DNA of 64,000 bases from Podarcis filfolensis. Taxonomy: Eukaryota. The stretch is from the NCBI GenBank assembly GCA_964270895.1, contig OZ185445.1. The stretch is one strand, 5' to 3'. The notes beneath the pieces were generated by a model that made no database searches, was not told where the DNA came from, and was given only the letters and a program-made list of their open reading frames with translations. Of the stretch, positions 40,527 to 52,459 are shown one piece after another. Made by a program: the position numbers and the translations under genes. The stretch's first letter is position 1. Every line of letters starts with the position of its first letter.

Positions 40527-43275
40527 TGTGTGTGTAGTCAGTCACACTAACATAAGTCAGATTCCTCCAGCCCTCAGGAGGCTGAAATTTCAGGCGTCTG
40601 GTTATGATTAACCCAGGCTGTGAGTAATGCCACATGTTAGGAACTGGGGAGTCACGAGCAGCACACAACTGCAGCTGGAGTCAAGCATGTAAATGGCAAG
40701 TTGAAGCTGGGCAGAAAGTACTTTGGGGGAGGGGGGAGGTTATCAGATGCATAAGACTTGACATGGGGCCACTGGCAGAACTCTGTGTTGCCGCATGGAA
40801 AAGTTAGGAGCCGTGAAATGTCTACGTAGAGGGAAAGATGATCATATCTGTATCTTGTAAGCAGCAAATTGCAATAATAGGCAGAACCAGCCTTGGGGTA
40901 AGCCCTTTCTTATTGCACAAGACATAGCCACTAACTCATTAAGGATTGAGAGCATTCCAAACAGGGAGAAGTTCCATATAAATTCTCAAGGTTCTCTTTA
41001 GCTCATCCTGGTTAATACTCATAGGGTAGGAGAGACCCAATTACTACACCATCACTAGAATACATTATAAAGATGTCAAGGATTAGATTGGTCTGCTTGT
41101 AAAGGTAGCATTTCCCCCGCCAATGTGCCAAGGGCAACCTAAGATAAGACTTCTCTGTTATGCTGAACAACTAAACCAGTCTTCAAAATTGTCCAGCACA
41201 TACCACACACAGCTTAGTACATCTCAATTCAACCTATTTTTCTGTAGAATGTTTTATGTGGCTAGTTGTGATCTGGGCATGCATGGAGGCATTCGCAAGA
41301 CTAGCTCAGCACATCAAAGTCTCCTAAAAGTGAAGTCTGTTCACTTTGCCATGCAAAATTGAAAATGAGAGTCACTCATCCCTCTGATTTTGGGCTGACT
41401 CCTCAACTTACTAAGACTAAATAATAATACACCCTTGGATAGATATAAGCATTTGAAGCATCAATGTTCTTTGCATTGAAATGACAGTGTTGGAGCACAT
41501 GCGTTGCACGCCTAAGGCTCTGGTTTCAGTACCAAACATCTCCAGCTGATGGATTTTTCAGTAGCAGTGCCAGAAAATTTCCCCGCAGCTGCCAGGCAGA
41601 GCAGCTGGACACAGGACAGTTCTATAGCATAGCTCAAATTGGTCAGAGCTAGCAGAGACTTTTAAGACACCACTGTCAGTAGTACTGCCACTGTCCATGA
41701 CTGGATAATTTTATTCCATATACTGTAAAGAAGGTTGACTTGGAAGCCTACAATTTATAGGCTCCAAGAACAACAACAAAAATAAGAGGTCTGATTTCAG
41801 GAAAGAATCAGTCAATGCTTAACTATGGCTCCCAACCAAAAAGGAAAAAAAGGGGGGGAAAGGAGGCATTTTTATTAATGTCACTACAGGCTAGATGATC
41901 AGGCTTGTCATTCTGTTGGGAGGTGAAGCAGCTTTGAAATGCTTCAGAGAAATAATAAAACAAACACTGCAAATTAAGTGCTCTTAAAAAAAACACAAAT
42001 ATTTTCCTCCTGAGAACAATCCTACAGCAAGAAACCTTTCTACGCAAAATTCTAAAGCATTATTTTTAACAGTTTTAGTTTTTCAGGTTCTGATATCTAC
42101 ATGTCCACAGAGCCATGCTGGGAATAACTTGCAATATTCATTCCTACACACCCCACTGAAAAAGTGTGTACATTTTTTTGGTATTCATTTGTTTGCTTAC
42201 ATACACAGACATAAAGCTAAAGTCTCCATTTTGACTAGATTGTCCCATCTGCTTTGGTAGTTACTTGTCTCCTGGCCAAAAACAAAGAGCAACAAACAGC
42301 TAGAATGTAGCTTATCAAGACTGGGTGGCAGTCACAAATTAGTACAGTATTTATGTTGCTGAAGCCTGTAAAACATTTGATGGGCGGATTCCCATTCCCT
42401 GCTTCCTTCCTTGCTTTGTTTGCTTAAAGTAGAGACTGGTTGCGCTGGATAGACCATCATCTGCATCACACTCCTGCCTCATGCTAAGCCTACCCAAATC
42501 ACCCAGAGCAAAACATGAAGTTACAAAAAGAATGCCTAGGACTCTCAGTTAGAAAGCGTCCTTACTGCTTCTTACAAGCTTAATTTGCCAGAGGTAGAAA
42601 GGGAAAAAGAGACTCTCCCCCTGCAAAGCGAGCCTGGCCATGCTGCTTACTGAAGTGCATAAGCTTCAGATAAATGGCGGTTGCTGCATTCTATGAGCTG
42701 CTCACTTTTCAGGATAGGCTCAGCCATACAGGCAGAGTAGACAGCTGCCTAGGGTGCCACACTTCAAAGGTGCCTTCCATTTCAGAAGCTGTGCATTAGT
42801 CCCGGGTCTTGAATCACTGCTGGTGTGGCTGATAGCTGACACTAACTGAAAGTGTCCAGGTACCCTCTGTAATGTCACAGGTGGTCCTGGGATGCACTTT
42901 CCGAGACTTCCACCTAGGGTAGCAAAAAAAAAAGCTTGAACTGGCCTTCACACAAAGACTCCGTGGACAATTTAGGGAGGAGCCTACCTAACATGCAGTG
43001 GCCAAATATTCCAACCGTCAAGTGAAAAGATCTCAGAGCAAACATCCACCCCACCCCAGTCTTTTTCATTTTAATGCTTCCTCTGCATAAACAGCCCAAA
43101 TGAAATGCTGATGCAGCAAATGTTTCAGCTTCATGCTATGCAACATAAACAGATTTTTTTAAGCAAAACAAAAAAAAAAAAAACCCATCATAACTGGCTG
43201 CTAAAAAGTATACTTACTGCTAGGAACAGCAAGCAATACATGGAAAACGAAGAATGTCCAGAGTAAAACGACAGT
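24537..43275 (-). CDS. PLPP1: Phospholipid phosphatase 1 (LPP1/PPAP2A), last three coding exons (about human exons 4-6). Exons 1-3 lie beyond 64000.
   Basis: Minus-strand exons 43275-43218 (58 nt), 26326-26150 (177 nt) and 24668-24537 (132 nt) join in frame. They contain phosphatase motifs C2 (SFYSGH) and C3 ([12 protein letters not shown]) and the PLPP1-type tail [24 protein letters not shown]. Confidence 0.96.
25160..25744. mobile_element. Degenerate non-autonomous DNA transposon remnant in PLPP1 intron 5
   Basis: Repeated gatatatca blocks and terminal tattgcccagtccta, resembling TAGGG...-ended hAT-type elements; boundaries uncertain. Confidence 0.35.
26150..26326 (-). CDS. PLPP1: PLPP1 exon 5 ([59 protein letters not shown]; C3 motif)
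   Basis: Minus strand: tttttAG acceptor, GTAAGT donor; 177 nt. Confidence 0.96.
32462..32606 (+). mobile_element. L2-type LINE 3' terminus with (ATT)n/(TTG)n microsatellite tail
   Basis: gaagctgccaagagtggctggggaaacccagccagatgggcggggtataaataataa followed by about 17 ATT units. Confidence 0.7.
33995..34545 (-). mobile_element. CR1 LINE fragment interrupted by a hAT MITE
   Basis: Antisense CR1 motifs ccagcctctgcttgcagacc and gtgcccagaactggatacagtactccag on either side of the MITE. Confidence 0.7.
34117..34252. mobile_element. Palindromic hAT-type MITE, young
   Basis: Long near-perfect inverted arms CAGGCATGGCCAAACTTGGCCCTCCAGCTGTTT; flanking direct repeat GCTTAAGC(C) at 34108-34116 and 34253-34261. 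Confidence 0.9.
34829..35083. mobile_element. hAT (Charlie-like) MITE
   Basis: TIRs CATGGGTAGGCAAACT / AGTTTGCTGACCCCTG; perfect 8-bp TSD CCATAGAA at 34821-34828 and 35084-35091. Confidence 0.9.
36573..36758. mobile_element. hAT-like element(s) with TAGGGTTGCCA termini (two left ends, one right end)
   Basis: tagagttgccatatttcaaaaagtgaaaa near 36573, atgggttgccatac at 36653 and gtatggcaacccta ending at 36758. A matching right end of the same family is at about 12206-12233. Confidence 0.6.
36918..37142. mobile_element. Tigger/pogo-like Tc1/mariner MITE
   Basis: TIRs CAGTGGTACCTC at both ends, TA flanks, internal CTTCAGGTTA repeats. Confidence 0.88.
39452..39531 (-). mobile_element. CR1-type 3' terminus (antisense)
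   Basis: atcatagaatcaaagaattgtagagttggaagggacccc. Confidence 0.7.
40466..40535. repeat. Compound microsatellite (CT)22(GT)13
   Basis: Read directly. Confidence 0.95.
43218..43275 (-). CDS. PLPP1: PLPP1 exon 4 ([19 protein letters not shown]; catalytic C2 motif)
   Basis: Minus strand: ttttTCAG acceptor, GTAAGT donor; 58 nt. Confidence 0.96.
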
Positions 43276-43823
43276 CTGAAAAACAAGAGAATGCCCACAT
43301 ACTTATTACAATTTATACATACATCATTAAGATTTTGACACTCTGTAATTGTATAACAAAGTTCACCTTTGATTTGCAAAATAAAGCTTCAGCAAAGCTC
43401 ACACAGGAAGCTCCTTTATACTGAGTTAGGGCACTAGTACATCGAGCTCAGTATGTCTGCACCAGTGATTCCCAAACTCCCCCCCCCCCCGCCCCCAACA
43501 GACCACTTGAAAATTGTTGAGGGTAATGGATGATGGTTTAATGATTTCTCTGCCTGTTGCATCAACCGAGGAACCATTTTAAAAGGGGTTTCAATGCAAG
43601 CCCTTTCCTGATCCTAGAGCAAGACATGCTCTCAATGCCCGTTAGGATAAACTGGTGGGCAGTGGGAGTGTGCCACTCTCCAGCAAAGGAATAGTCGGAA
43701 ACTCACTCTTACTTCCTCCCCCTAAAATGTATATACTGTTTGACTGTTAAAAACAAAACACCTCAAGTCAATTTCCAAAAAGAATGACACAATCAGGTTA
43801 TCAGTAAAAACAACTATTTAAAG

Positions 43824-43936
43824 CAGTTATTTCTCAAACTTGGGTCCTCAGGTGTTGTTGGACTACAACTCCCATCATCCCTAACCACTAGTGCTGCTAG
43901 CTAGGGATGATGGGAGTTATAGTTTGAGAAACACTG
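43824..43936. mobile_element. Short palindromic hAT-type MITE
   Basis: TIRs CAGTTATTTCTCAAACT / AGTTTGAGAAACACTG; internal ggactacaactcccatcatccct...agggatgatgggag hairpin; degenerate TSD. Confidence 0.75.
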
Positions 43937-45967
43937 ATTAAAGCATTGAAAAAAATAATTAAAATTAATGGCAGATTAAAAACACATGGAAATATTTTAC
44001 ACATCTGTGTAGGCTTTTAGAAAGGCTGGGTGGAAATGTTTTTAGCAGGCACAGAAAAGAGTTCAGTGAATGTGCCCACCTGGGAGCTCCAAAGTATGGT
44101 TCCTGTAACATGAAAATATCAATTTAAAGCTTCCAATTTTTCCTTTGAAGCCACGTTAGTACCTGTGCTACACATGAAGCCACATATGACATCAGGTGTG
44201 GAGCAGGTGGGTGTGGTTTCCTAGGAGTAGCCTGATGGGAGAAACTGGGACCCCTGGCTCGCCAAACTGGACCTGTGGTCTGGAGGTTCCCCACCTCTGT
44301 GGTAAGGCTTGGCCTTACTATTCTTGCAATACTGGTGGAGGGGTGGGGTGGGATTGACAGAGGGCAAACAGCTTGCCTAGGAAAATTCATGACAGAGCTA
44401 ACCCTAAAATTGGGGACTATCTTGATTAGTTTTCTGTTCTTGGATACAAGTTTGCCACGACTGAGAAATGGCATTCTGCTTTATAAATATCCATGTGTTG
44501 ACTACATTATAGGGGCTCCCGTGTTTGTGCTTCAGTTTATTCATATCACAAACACATCACGCTCATCCCGGCACACAGACTACTATGACCAAAACGATAT
44601 CCCTCGGTGCAGCTTCAGCAAAAGTTACCTACTACGCCATCCAGATCCCAGCTGGAAATAGTATCTGTCACTTATTAACCTGTCAGCTGCACACACATTT
44701 GTTTTCTCTCTTCCCTCCTCCTGCCCCACAGTTTTAATACATTAAACAGAGAGAGGCAGAGGGATGGAGAAGCAGACAATAGAAAGGCCTGCTAAACATT
44801 CCTTTGCAGGCAGCTAACCCCCTTCTTCCAAAAGCAGCTCTGACTCGGAACATTCCGTCTCCCCTGCCAGCCAAGAGCCTGAACGTTCATTCCAGACTCC
44901 ACTCCAGTGCTGGTGAGCGTAAACTCCCTTGGTCTCCACCCTGCCACCTTTCCCACCCACCAGTCCCCAACCCCACCACTGGATAAATAAGCATTCCCCA
45001 AAGTGAAAGTACCCCACTGGTGGAAACATCAAGCCCTTACTTTATTGTCTCTCTCCCCTCTCCTTCATCACATTCTTAAAAGACTTAAATCATCCCAGTA
45101 GCAGCCATACATCAGGCCTCCAGAGCTGTCAGGATGTATATTATTGTTTCATGACAACTGGCTTCACATATTTTTCTCTTGGAAGGGTTTATTTCAGCAA
45201 GTCAGAGAATACAAACCAAGAGTGCGTATTTTATTTTGACTTCTCACTCTGGCTCATTAAGTCTAATGTTGACACTTCTTTTTAGAATAAGCTATTTAGG
45301 GCTGTGAAGGAGCCTCTAACACAAGGATGACTTGCACCAAAACCTATTTGTGGGGCCACTAAGCAGGAAATAATCTAGCATGGATTCTTCCCATGCACAT
45401 AAACATGTTGAAGAACATCTAATGGGATCCATCTGAAAAGCACCATCAAGACAGTGGGAAGTTGGGATTTTAATACCTTGACATAGTCTGCACACTGGAT
45501 TTTGTAGTTCTGGGGTATGTCCGTTTTTACTGTAAAGCTCTGTATCCCCTGAAGAAGCTCTGCAGACATTTCATAAATGTCACGTGCTTTCTGTTTAAAT
45601 AACCTGAGTTTGACAGCTTTACGTTCCACATAGTAATAATGTGACCCAATTATGTTAAGCATTTCAGCCTGTTACTACAAACTCACATTTCACACAATTA
45701 GAAGAGAGCAGAGGTTGAATCCAGGGCAGGGAGAAAGGGCATGAAAGTGAGAGGACTGGAACAGATGCAACAACATTAGAAACATTTTTGGTGGATCTTC
45801 CAAGCTGTTTCCAGAATAGTGAGATGGGGCAGGTGAGCAAGTGACCATCTGGCATATTATGCTGCAATAAATCTACGCTTGCCACAAATGAACATTCCAT
45901 GTTGTCACAGTAGCCAAACAGATATATATGAGAAGTCCATAGGTAGGGCATGTGCACAACAGTTTTT

Positions 45968-46096
45968 ATAGAATCATAGAGTTGGAAGGGACCCTAATCC
46001 AACCTCCTGCAGCAGTATGCAGCTGTCCCCTATGGGGATCGAACCTGCAACCTTGGGAGTTATCAGCACCACACTCTAACCAACTGAACTATCCAG
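45968..46096 (-). mobile_element. Short tRNA(Ile)-like-headed SINE with a CR1-derived tail
   Basis: Reverse complement reads ggatagttcagttggttagagtgtggtgctgataac...ggttcgatcccc, followed by ggtcccttccaactctatgattctat. Confidence 0.75.
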
Positions 46097-49000
46097 TAAT
46101 CTCCAACTCATGATCCCCAGAAACTGGTATTCAGAAGCAAGCTGCCTCTGATTCTGATGGTAGTACAGAGGCATCAAGATGAGCAGTTAATGACAGCCAT
46201 CTCATCCACGATCTTGTCTGATCCACATTTAAAGCAATCTGGCAACCATTTCTACATCCTTATAATAGCAAAGTCCATTTACTGTGTGAATAAGTACTTC
46301 CTTTTATCCTGAATGTTCCAACTTCAATTGATAGCCCTCACTGCTAGTACCAGTTCCTACTCCACTTAATATTCTTGGATTTTATTCCACAGCCTGGTGC
46401 GGAGTGGGGGGGGGGATATGTAGAAATAAATCTGTGTATGTGTAATATTTCCCCATAGGGAATTTATGGGGTCCCTTGTTACCAGTCCTGTGTGGTACGT
46501 TTAAGATTAACCAATTCGGGCTGCAATCCTGTATATACTTACCAGGGGGGACTGAAACCCCATGGAATTCAAAGGGCCTTACCCTCTGAGTAATGTACAG
46601 TTATTGTGGCATGAATACACACGACAAATTGTGAAAGCAAGGACTCCTTCTGAAGACAGACCCTTAGTGCTAAGTATTCACAGAGTTGTAATGTTTAAGT
46701 TCCACTATTTCTTTGCAAAGGAGTAGGATAGGAAAAGAACCATAACAGGTGAAAAAGAACCTTAGTTTTTTTTTATCCCAGCAGAAAAGCAATTGTAGCA
46801 GCAGGCACCCCTTCTGAACGAAAACAAAACATTTTTTTCAGTTTTGTAAGGTGTTAGCTGTTTGTAAAATAGCCATGCTTAAATGTCTACTATAGTATCT
46901 TTACAAGAGAGGATGTTGGGGGAGAAAACCAGAACTTGGCCACAACCCTGTGACCTCTTAGTGGCCCCACCAGATCTAGTGGGCATCAGCTGCCATAACA
47001 TACAGGCCAAACTGTAATCCTTCCTGAAACTTAGCCAACACAACTATTGTTTTGTTCACTGCTTACTGTGCCTCTTGGAATTACTGTTGTCCTTATGTTG
47101 AGACAGACTATCTCTGCAACTTACTGGAAGTATAGTACCACAGAATACAAGGAATAATTTGTTCAACAGGAATGGAGTATGAATTCCTTTTTAAAAAGCC
47201 AAACATGAAAGATGTGTGTTTCTTATTCTTTAGGTTTTCAGAGTCACAACATGATTTAAATAGTTATGCATTCTTAAAAAGAACACACTGCACAGCATAT
47301 TCTTTTCTTAAATCATTAGGACAGGCCATCTTATGCTCAAAGTACAAGCGCAGATTCCTGAGAAGAGCTATAGCAACCACTCTCAATTCATGTCCTGTGT
47401 ATTGACTTACATTTGTAAATAACCAGAGTATCACAGTGAGTTCAAGATTTGCAATTGCTGTTTGTGTACAAAAAAAGAGAGTGTTTCTCTATAACTGTAT
47501 TCTAAGATCCATTAAGAGAAAACAATCACCCACTATCTCCTGATGTAGTGACTTTTATCAGAGCAATACATGATACAAGAGAAAACATTGCCAATTCTTT
47601 TCTGGGGTGGAAAATAGACTTCCCATCCTCCTCTGTGTCTTAATGCAGAAATGACTTTTCCAAGGACACAGAGACTACAATGAAGCAAAGGTTAGATAGA
47701 ACACAATGGTCGTATCAAACATAAATGAGAAGTCAGCCTTTCTGGCTTATCATAGTTTACTGACATCAAGCAATGATCTTCCCTTGAGCAAAACAAGCAA
47801 ACAAGCAAAAATCCCGGGAAGTTACATCTGAACCAGGATCATGGTTTGTTTCTCCCTAGCAAGTCAAGATTGCTAGCCAACGTGGAGCAATGGTTTGTTG
47901 TTGTGTTGCCGATTGAAGCTTGTTAGGGAACAACAAAATACAATCCCTGTTAGGAGGTAACATGAAGCCCATGAGTCCTAGTTTGTTTCTGCTCCTCACA
48001 TTAAGGGAGGAGTGAAGGGGGAACAATTGTACTTGCATGCTCCTTGTTCTCAATAAATCATAACAAAGCAGAAAGTCTGGTTTAATGTCCTATGCAAACA
48101 TGGCCAACAGAGTTTGTTTTCTTTCCATAAATAGCTTTCTAGCAGAGTTCCCCACCTCACCCTCAATGAGAAAAGGAAGAATATAGGTAACTGGATCCAG
48201 AAGACAGAATTCTTACAAAACTTACAGATTGCATTAACGGGACTGTTTATATGCAACATGGACTGTTAAAGCACAGTTTAAGTATTTGGTCACAGCATTT
48301 CAGAACATTTTGCTTCAGCAGTATGGAGCTCCTACAAATGCCCATCAGTGGGAAGTAGGCACCTGCTTTTAAAGGACATTTTAAGCAATTACTCCCCTTA
48401 AGATTCCTCTGTCAACCACATCCAGAAGCTGTGTTCAGCTGGTTGCCAGGGGTCTGCTGGACTGCAAATGCTAATTTTCTCAATAATGTGCTAACCTGCT
48501 AAGCATAAAGCTATTTTCGCATTTTCCCAGTAAAAGTAAGATTAATTGGTATTTTTAAGAACCCAAGGGGTTTATAATTCAGTGTACATCATGCACTCAT
48601 TTTGGCACAACTGCCATTAGCTGCTAAAATAAAACGGAAGTACTGTGGCTTATCAACAATGGGACTACTAAATATAAGAAGTTTGTACTCTTTCCAAGGT
48701 TTACATTTGAACCACAGCTCATGTGGAATCTATTTTAAAATGACATTTCTGCTACAAAGAGCACCTCTGAGCATGTGCATGATAGATTAAAGAGTGCTTT
48801 TGCTCATAAGAAATGTACTACATGAATATTAGAGCAAGCCTGTAATTCTAACCCCAGAACTATAACCACAATCCAAGCTAACGGAAGACACAAAGTATGG
48901 ATTCCCCCCCCCCAAAAAAAAGCATTCAGAAAGCTGACTTAAGTGAGCATTTTTCTGTTTCTGTTTTAAAGAGCCAGCATTAAACAACAGCTTGCTCTGA

Positions 49001-51348
49001 GTAATGACCATATCCGATGGATCAGCCCACAATCTATCTAGCCCAGCCCTCCTGTCTTCAGCAGACACTGTCAAATGGCCTATTATTTCTTAAAAGCCAT
49101 CTACAATATATAGGGCATCACAACATTCCATATCACACTAATGACCATTGCAATGTCTTTTCAGTTTTAGGAAATGCAATCCAGCAACTGAAATTGGGCA
49201 GGGGGTAAAAAAGCATTTAGACCAGATGACCCTCAGGGTCCTTTCCAACTCTACAATTCTATGGTTTTATTATTCAGAATTGACTTTGACAATATTGCCA
49301 CCCTCAATGGGAATGTTACTGGTGATCATTCAAAATTTCTTACTTGGGCCTCAAAGCAACAGGTATACAGCACTGGCTGCTTCCTGTAACCAATATGAGT
49401 TCTCCTCTATTAAAAACATCAGTTTCAAAAACTTGCGTTCCATTCCTGTCATTTGTGATCCCAGAAGAGCTGGAAGAAAACCACCCTTCATGCTTCTGAA
49501 GGCACCATTTCCTATGCAGCAAGTCCTCTGAAGTTACAGGCAAACCCCTTATCAAATTGAAATATTTGCAAAATGTTATGAGCTACCCACCAATTCATCT
49601 TCCTAGTCAAAACTGACCCAAACACCTGGTTAAACAACTCTGCAGAGCTATCTCTGGAGAAACTTTTTGATGCATGCTGCAATTAAGAGTCTGTCAGGCT
49701 GGATCAGGATTGTAAATTCCATTTTTATGCTTGATTGCCAAGTACTGCCTCAATTGCACTAAATGCAAAGAAGCCAATTAATCAAGCCTCCCACTACTCA
49801 GATTGTTTTGCTTTTGAACATATATTACCTAAAAACTGAAGCGATGTTTTCTGTTCTCCAACTTAAAGACAGCAAATTTGAAAACATCTGAAGATCTTAT
49901 TGCAGTGCTCTGTATAAAGAGAAACTCTATCCCTATCCTGGCTTGCGCCTGAAAATAGTTTCCAAAATACAGAGATGTATTACCTCAATAGCAAAACCTT
50001 TGCAGGGTTCATTTGATGAGAAAGACAGAGCTCCCTTCTATTGTAGGCCGTGAAATTGTATCCTGCACAAACGATACTAACTTCCACCCATGGTATATAT
50101 GAATATGCATCGCTCACCTCAAAGACTCCCATACACAAAATTCAACCATAAATCAGATCTGCAAGGTGCTGGTTGAAACCATTCCACAAGTTCAAGTGGA
50201 ACTTTGGCATATTATAGGAGAGTGGGCGTCCAGCAATTCCTGCTGGTAGGTAGGAGCCAAGATTTCTGAGAAAATGTCAGCATGGATATCACTCTCATTC
50301 AAGACCACTACTAAAATCACAGACAATGTGGAGAACTCAAAGTAGCAGTTTTCTTTAAATAAAGTAATCCAAGACAGCCAGTGCAATGGAGTGGTTCAAG
50401 TGCCGGACTAAGAATTGGGGGACCAGGGTTCCAGTCCCCACCCAGTTATGAAGCTCACTGGGTGACCTTGGGCCAGTCATTGATTCTTAACTTAACCTAC
50501 CGCACAAGGTTTGCTTTTGAATTGATGGATTGACAGTACACGATATTCAAAACAATTACAGTCTTTCTAAGTCTTAAATGGTTCTATTGAACAATATAAA
50601 AGGAAAGAAAAAAATAATAAAATTAAATAAGTTAACAAATCTTTATGCATCTTAGAAATCTGTGTCCTTTTTAACTCTTTCATCTTTTGAAAATATGTTG
50701 TTGTTTTTAAATATGTTGCACAGGATGTATTGCCACTATGAAGAGTGCTATATATTCACATACCCAGCTGGAATACTATTAGAGGAGAGAAATTTACTCT
50801 TCTGTTAGTTGAAAATAATAATCTTTTAAAGTTGCACTGTGTTTCCTTTTATCAAGTTCTTAAATTGGGAACTATATTGAGTTATATATAACATGTTTAG
50901 AAAAGTAGGTTATTTTTAAATTTGATATATTATTAAATAAATAAAGAAGACCTCAAGTGAGGTAGATACATTGTTGAACAAAGCTGGAAAAATAAATATC
51001 TGGGTGACGACAATTAAATTAGGGGAAGTGTATAAGGAAATGTATCATGACTCTACAGCCAACTTCAAAAATGCATTCTAGAAAAAAAAACAAAAAGTGG
51101 GGGGATGCTTTAATTGTAACTTGTCTGAAGTAGCAAAGCCTCCCTTTGGAGCACTTTTTCCATATATGCAACTACATGTTAATTTTATTTTGAATATGTA
51201 CATTTTGTCTATGTTTAAAACTGGAACAGTCAGTTTAACAGTAATCACCCTAAATAAATAGAAACATCCAAATGAATTTAAGCTGAAATTTAGATTTAAA
51301 AGGTGGGACAACAGCAACAGCAATAATACACATAGGTAGAAGCATCTA

Positions 51349-51351
<3 letters not shown>

Positions 51352-51385
<34 letters not shown>
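51352..51385. repeat. (AC)17 microsatellite flanked by a 13-bp direct repeat
   Basis: GTAGAAGCATCTA at 51336-51348 and 51386-51398. Confidence 0.9.
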
Positions 51386-51387
<2 letters not shown>

Positions 51388-52132
51388 AGAAGCATCTATC
51401 TATCTATCTATAAATCAGTTAGCAAATTGTTACGAGTTCAGCTTTAATTTAAATAATCTCAAACTGTTCCTTTTAAATGGAGTTTTAGCCCATAAGTAAT
51501 TACTAAAAGTAACATTAGTTGGAATTAAAAGCAAGAAAGACAGCTTTGAATGATTTGGGGGGAGGGGATTAGGCGAGACCTAAGAATAGTCAAACTAGCC
51601 AAAATGAGGCAAGAGACTTAATGGAAAAGGACATTTTCCTAACTCGATGAAGAGATGGATAATCAAACACATTTTCCCCTAGAAGAGACTTGGATTCAAA
51701 CCAAAAGGAGAGTTAATCTCTTGTGCAGTTCAAGGAGGCTGGACAAGATCATCCCTCTTAAACAATGAAGTAGCAGAGGCATTTCGTGCAAGCAGCACAA
51801 GTGGTTCCAAGCTGGAAACCAAACTGCAGCATTAGCACACACTGGCGTGTAAGCAGCACACGAGCAAAGGTCATTGCAGAGATTGGCAATCAGGCTGGGG
51901 AGCAGAGCCAGAGAGAACATGGCTGAGCAATGAAACTCCTGGCTGACTCCAGCTGCCTGCTGAATGCTGGCCCCCACCCAGGCTTCCCAGCACAGCTCAG
52001 TTCCCTGGCTCCAAAGGACTCCCTGGCTGCCTAGTTTGATAGGGCCCTAGCCATACCCCAGCTTCATTTTCTGAAAACCTTCAGAATTACATTTTGAGTT
52101 ATTCAGGTATATAAGACTCAGGAGAAGATTTT

Positions 52133-52204
<72 letters not shown>
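52133..52204. repeat. Compound microsatellite (AC)8(AG)28
   Basis: Read directly. Confidence 0.95.
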
Positions 52205-52205
<1 letters not shown>

Positions 52206-52459
52206 ATTCCATTCCTGCTATTTTTTCCTACTTGTCAAACCCCAGGATTTCTTCATTTCCCACTGCCCCAGCTCTCCTTCCACTTGAAACGTTCCTCCTC
52301 ACTCACCCTATTCATCATGCTCTTCCTCTTTTCCAATAAACCTCTAACCTACCCCTCAATTTTCGTTAATCTTCTTCTCTCTCCTCTTCCTTCATATTCC
52401 TCTCCTATTTACACTCCTCCTTTAAATGTTAATGATACATATTATTCTATAATATACAG

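Noticed and set aside
44275-44661. 128-aa ORF with hydrophobic stretches in PLPP1 intron 3
   Set aside because: No recognisable domain, near-cognate (GTG) start and no supporting exon structure.
45375-45957. Two adjacent minus-strand ORFs, one containing IIGS resembling a protease N-terminus
   Set aside because: No His/Asp/Ser motifs or Cys pattern, and not PLPP1 exon 3. Most likely chance.
46021-46096. Possible tRNA gene
   Set aside because: Decayed stems, and fused to a CR1 tail; it is a SINE head.
48970-49070. Segment that first looked like a snoRNA or miRNA
   Set aside because: It matches a decayed antisense copy of the repeat tail seen at 4030-4210; no box C/D pair or clean hairpin.
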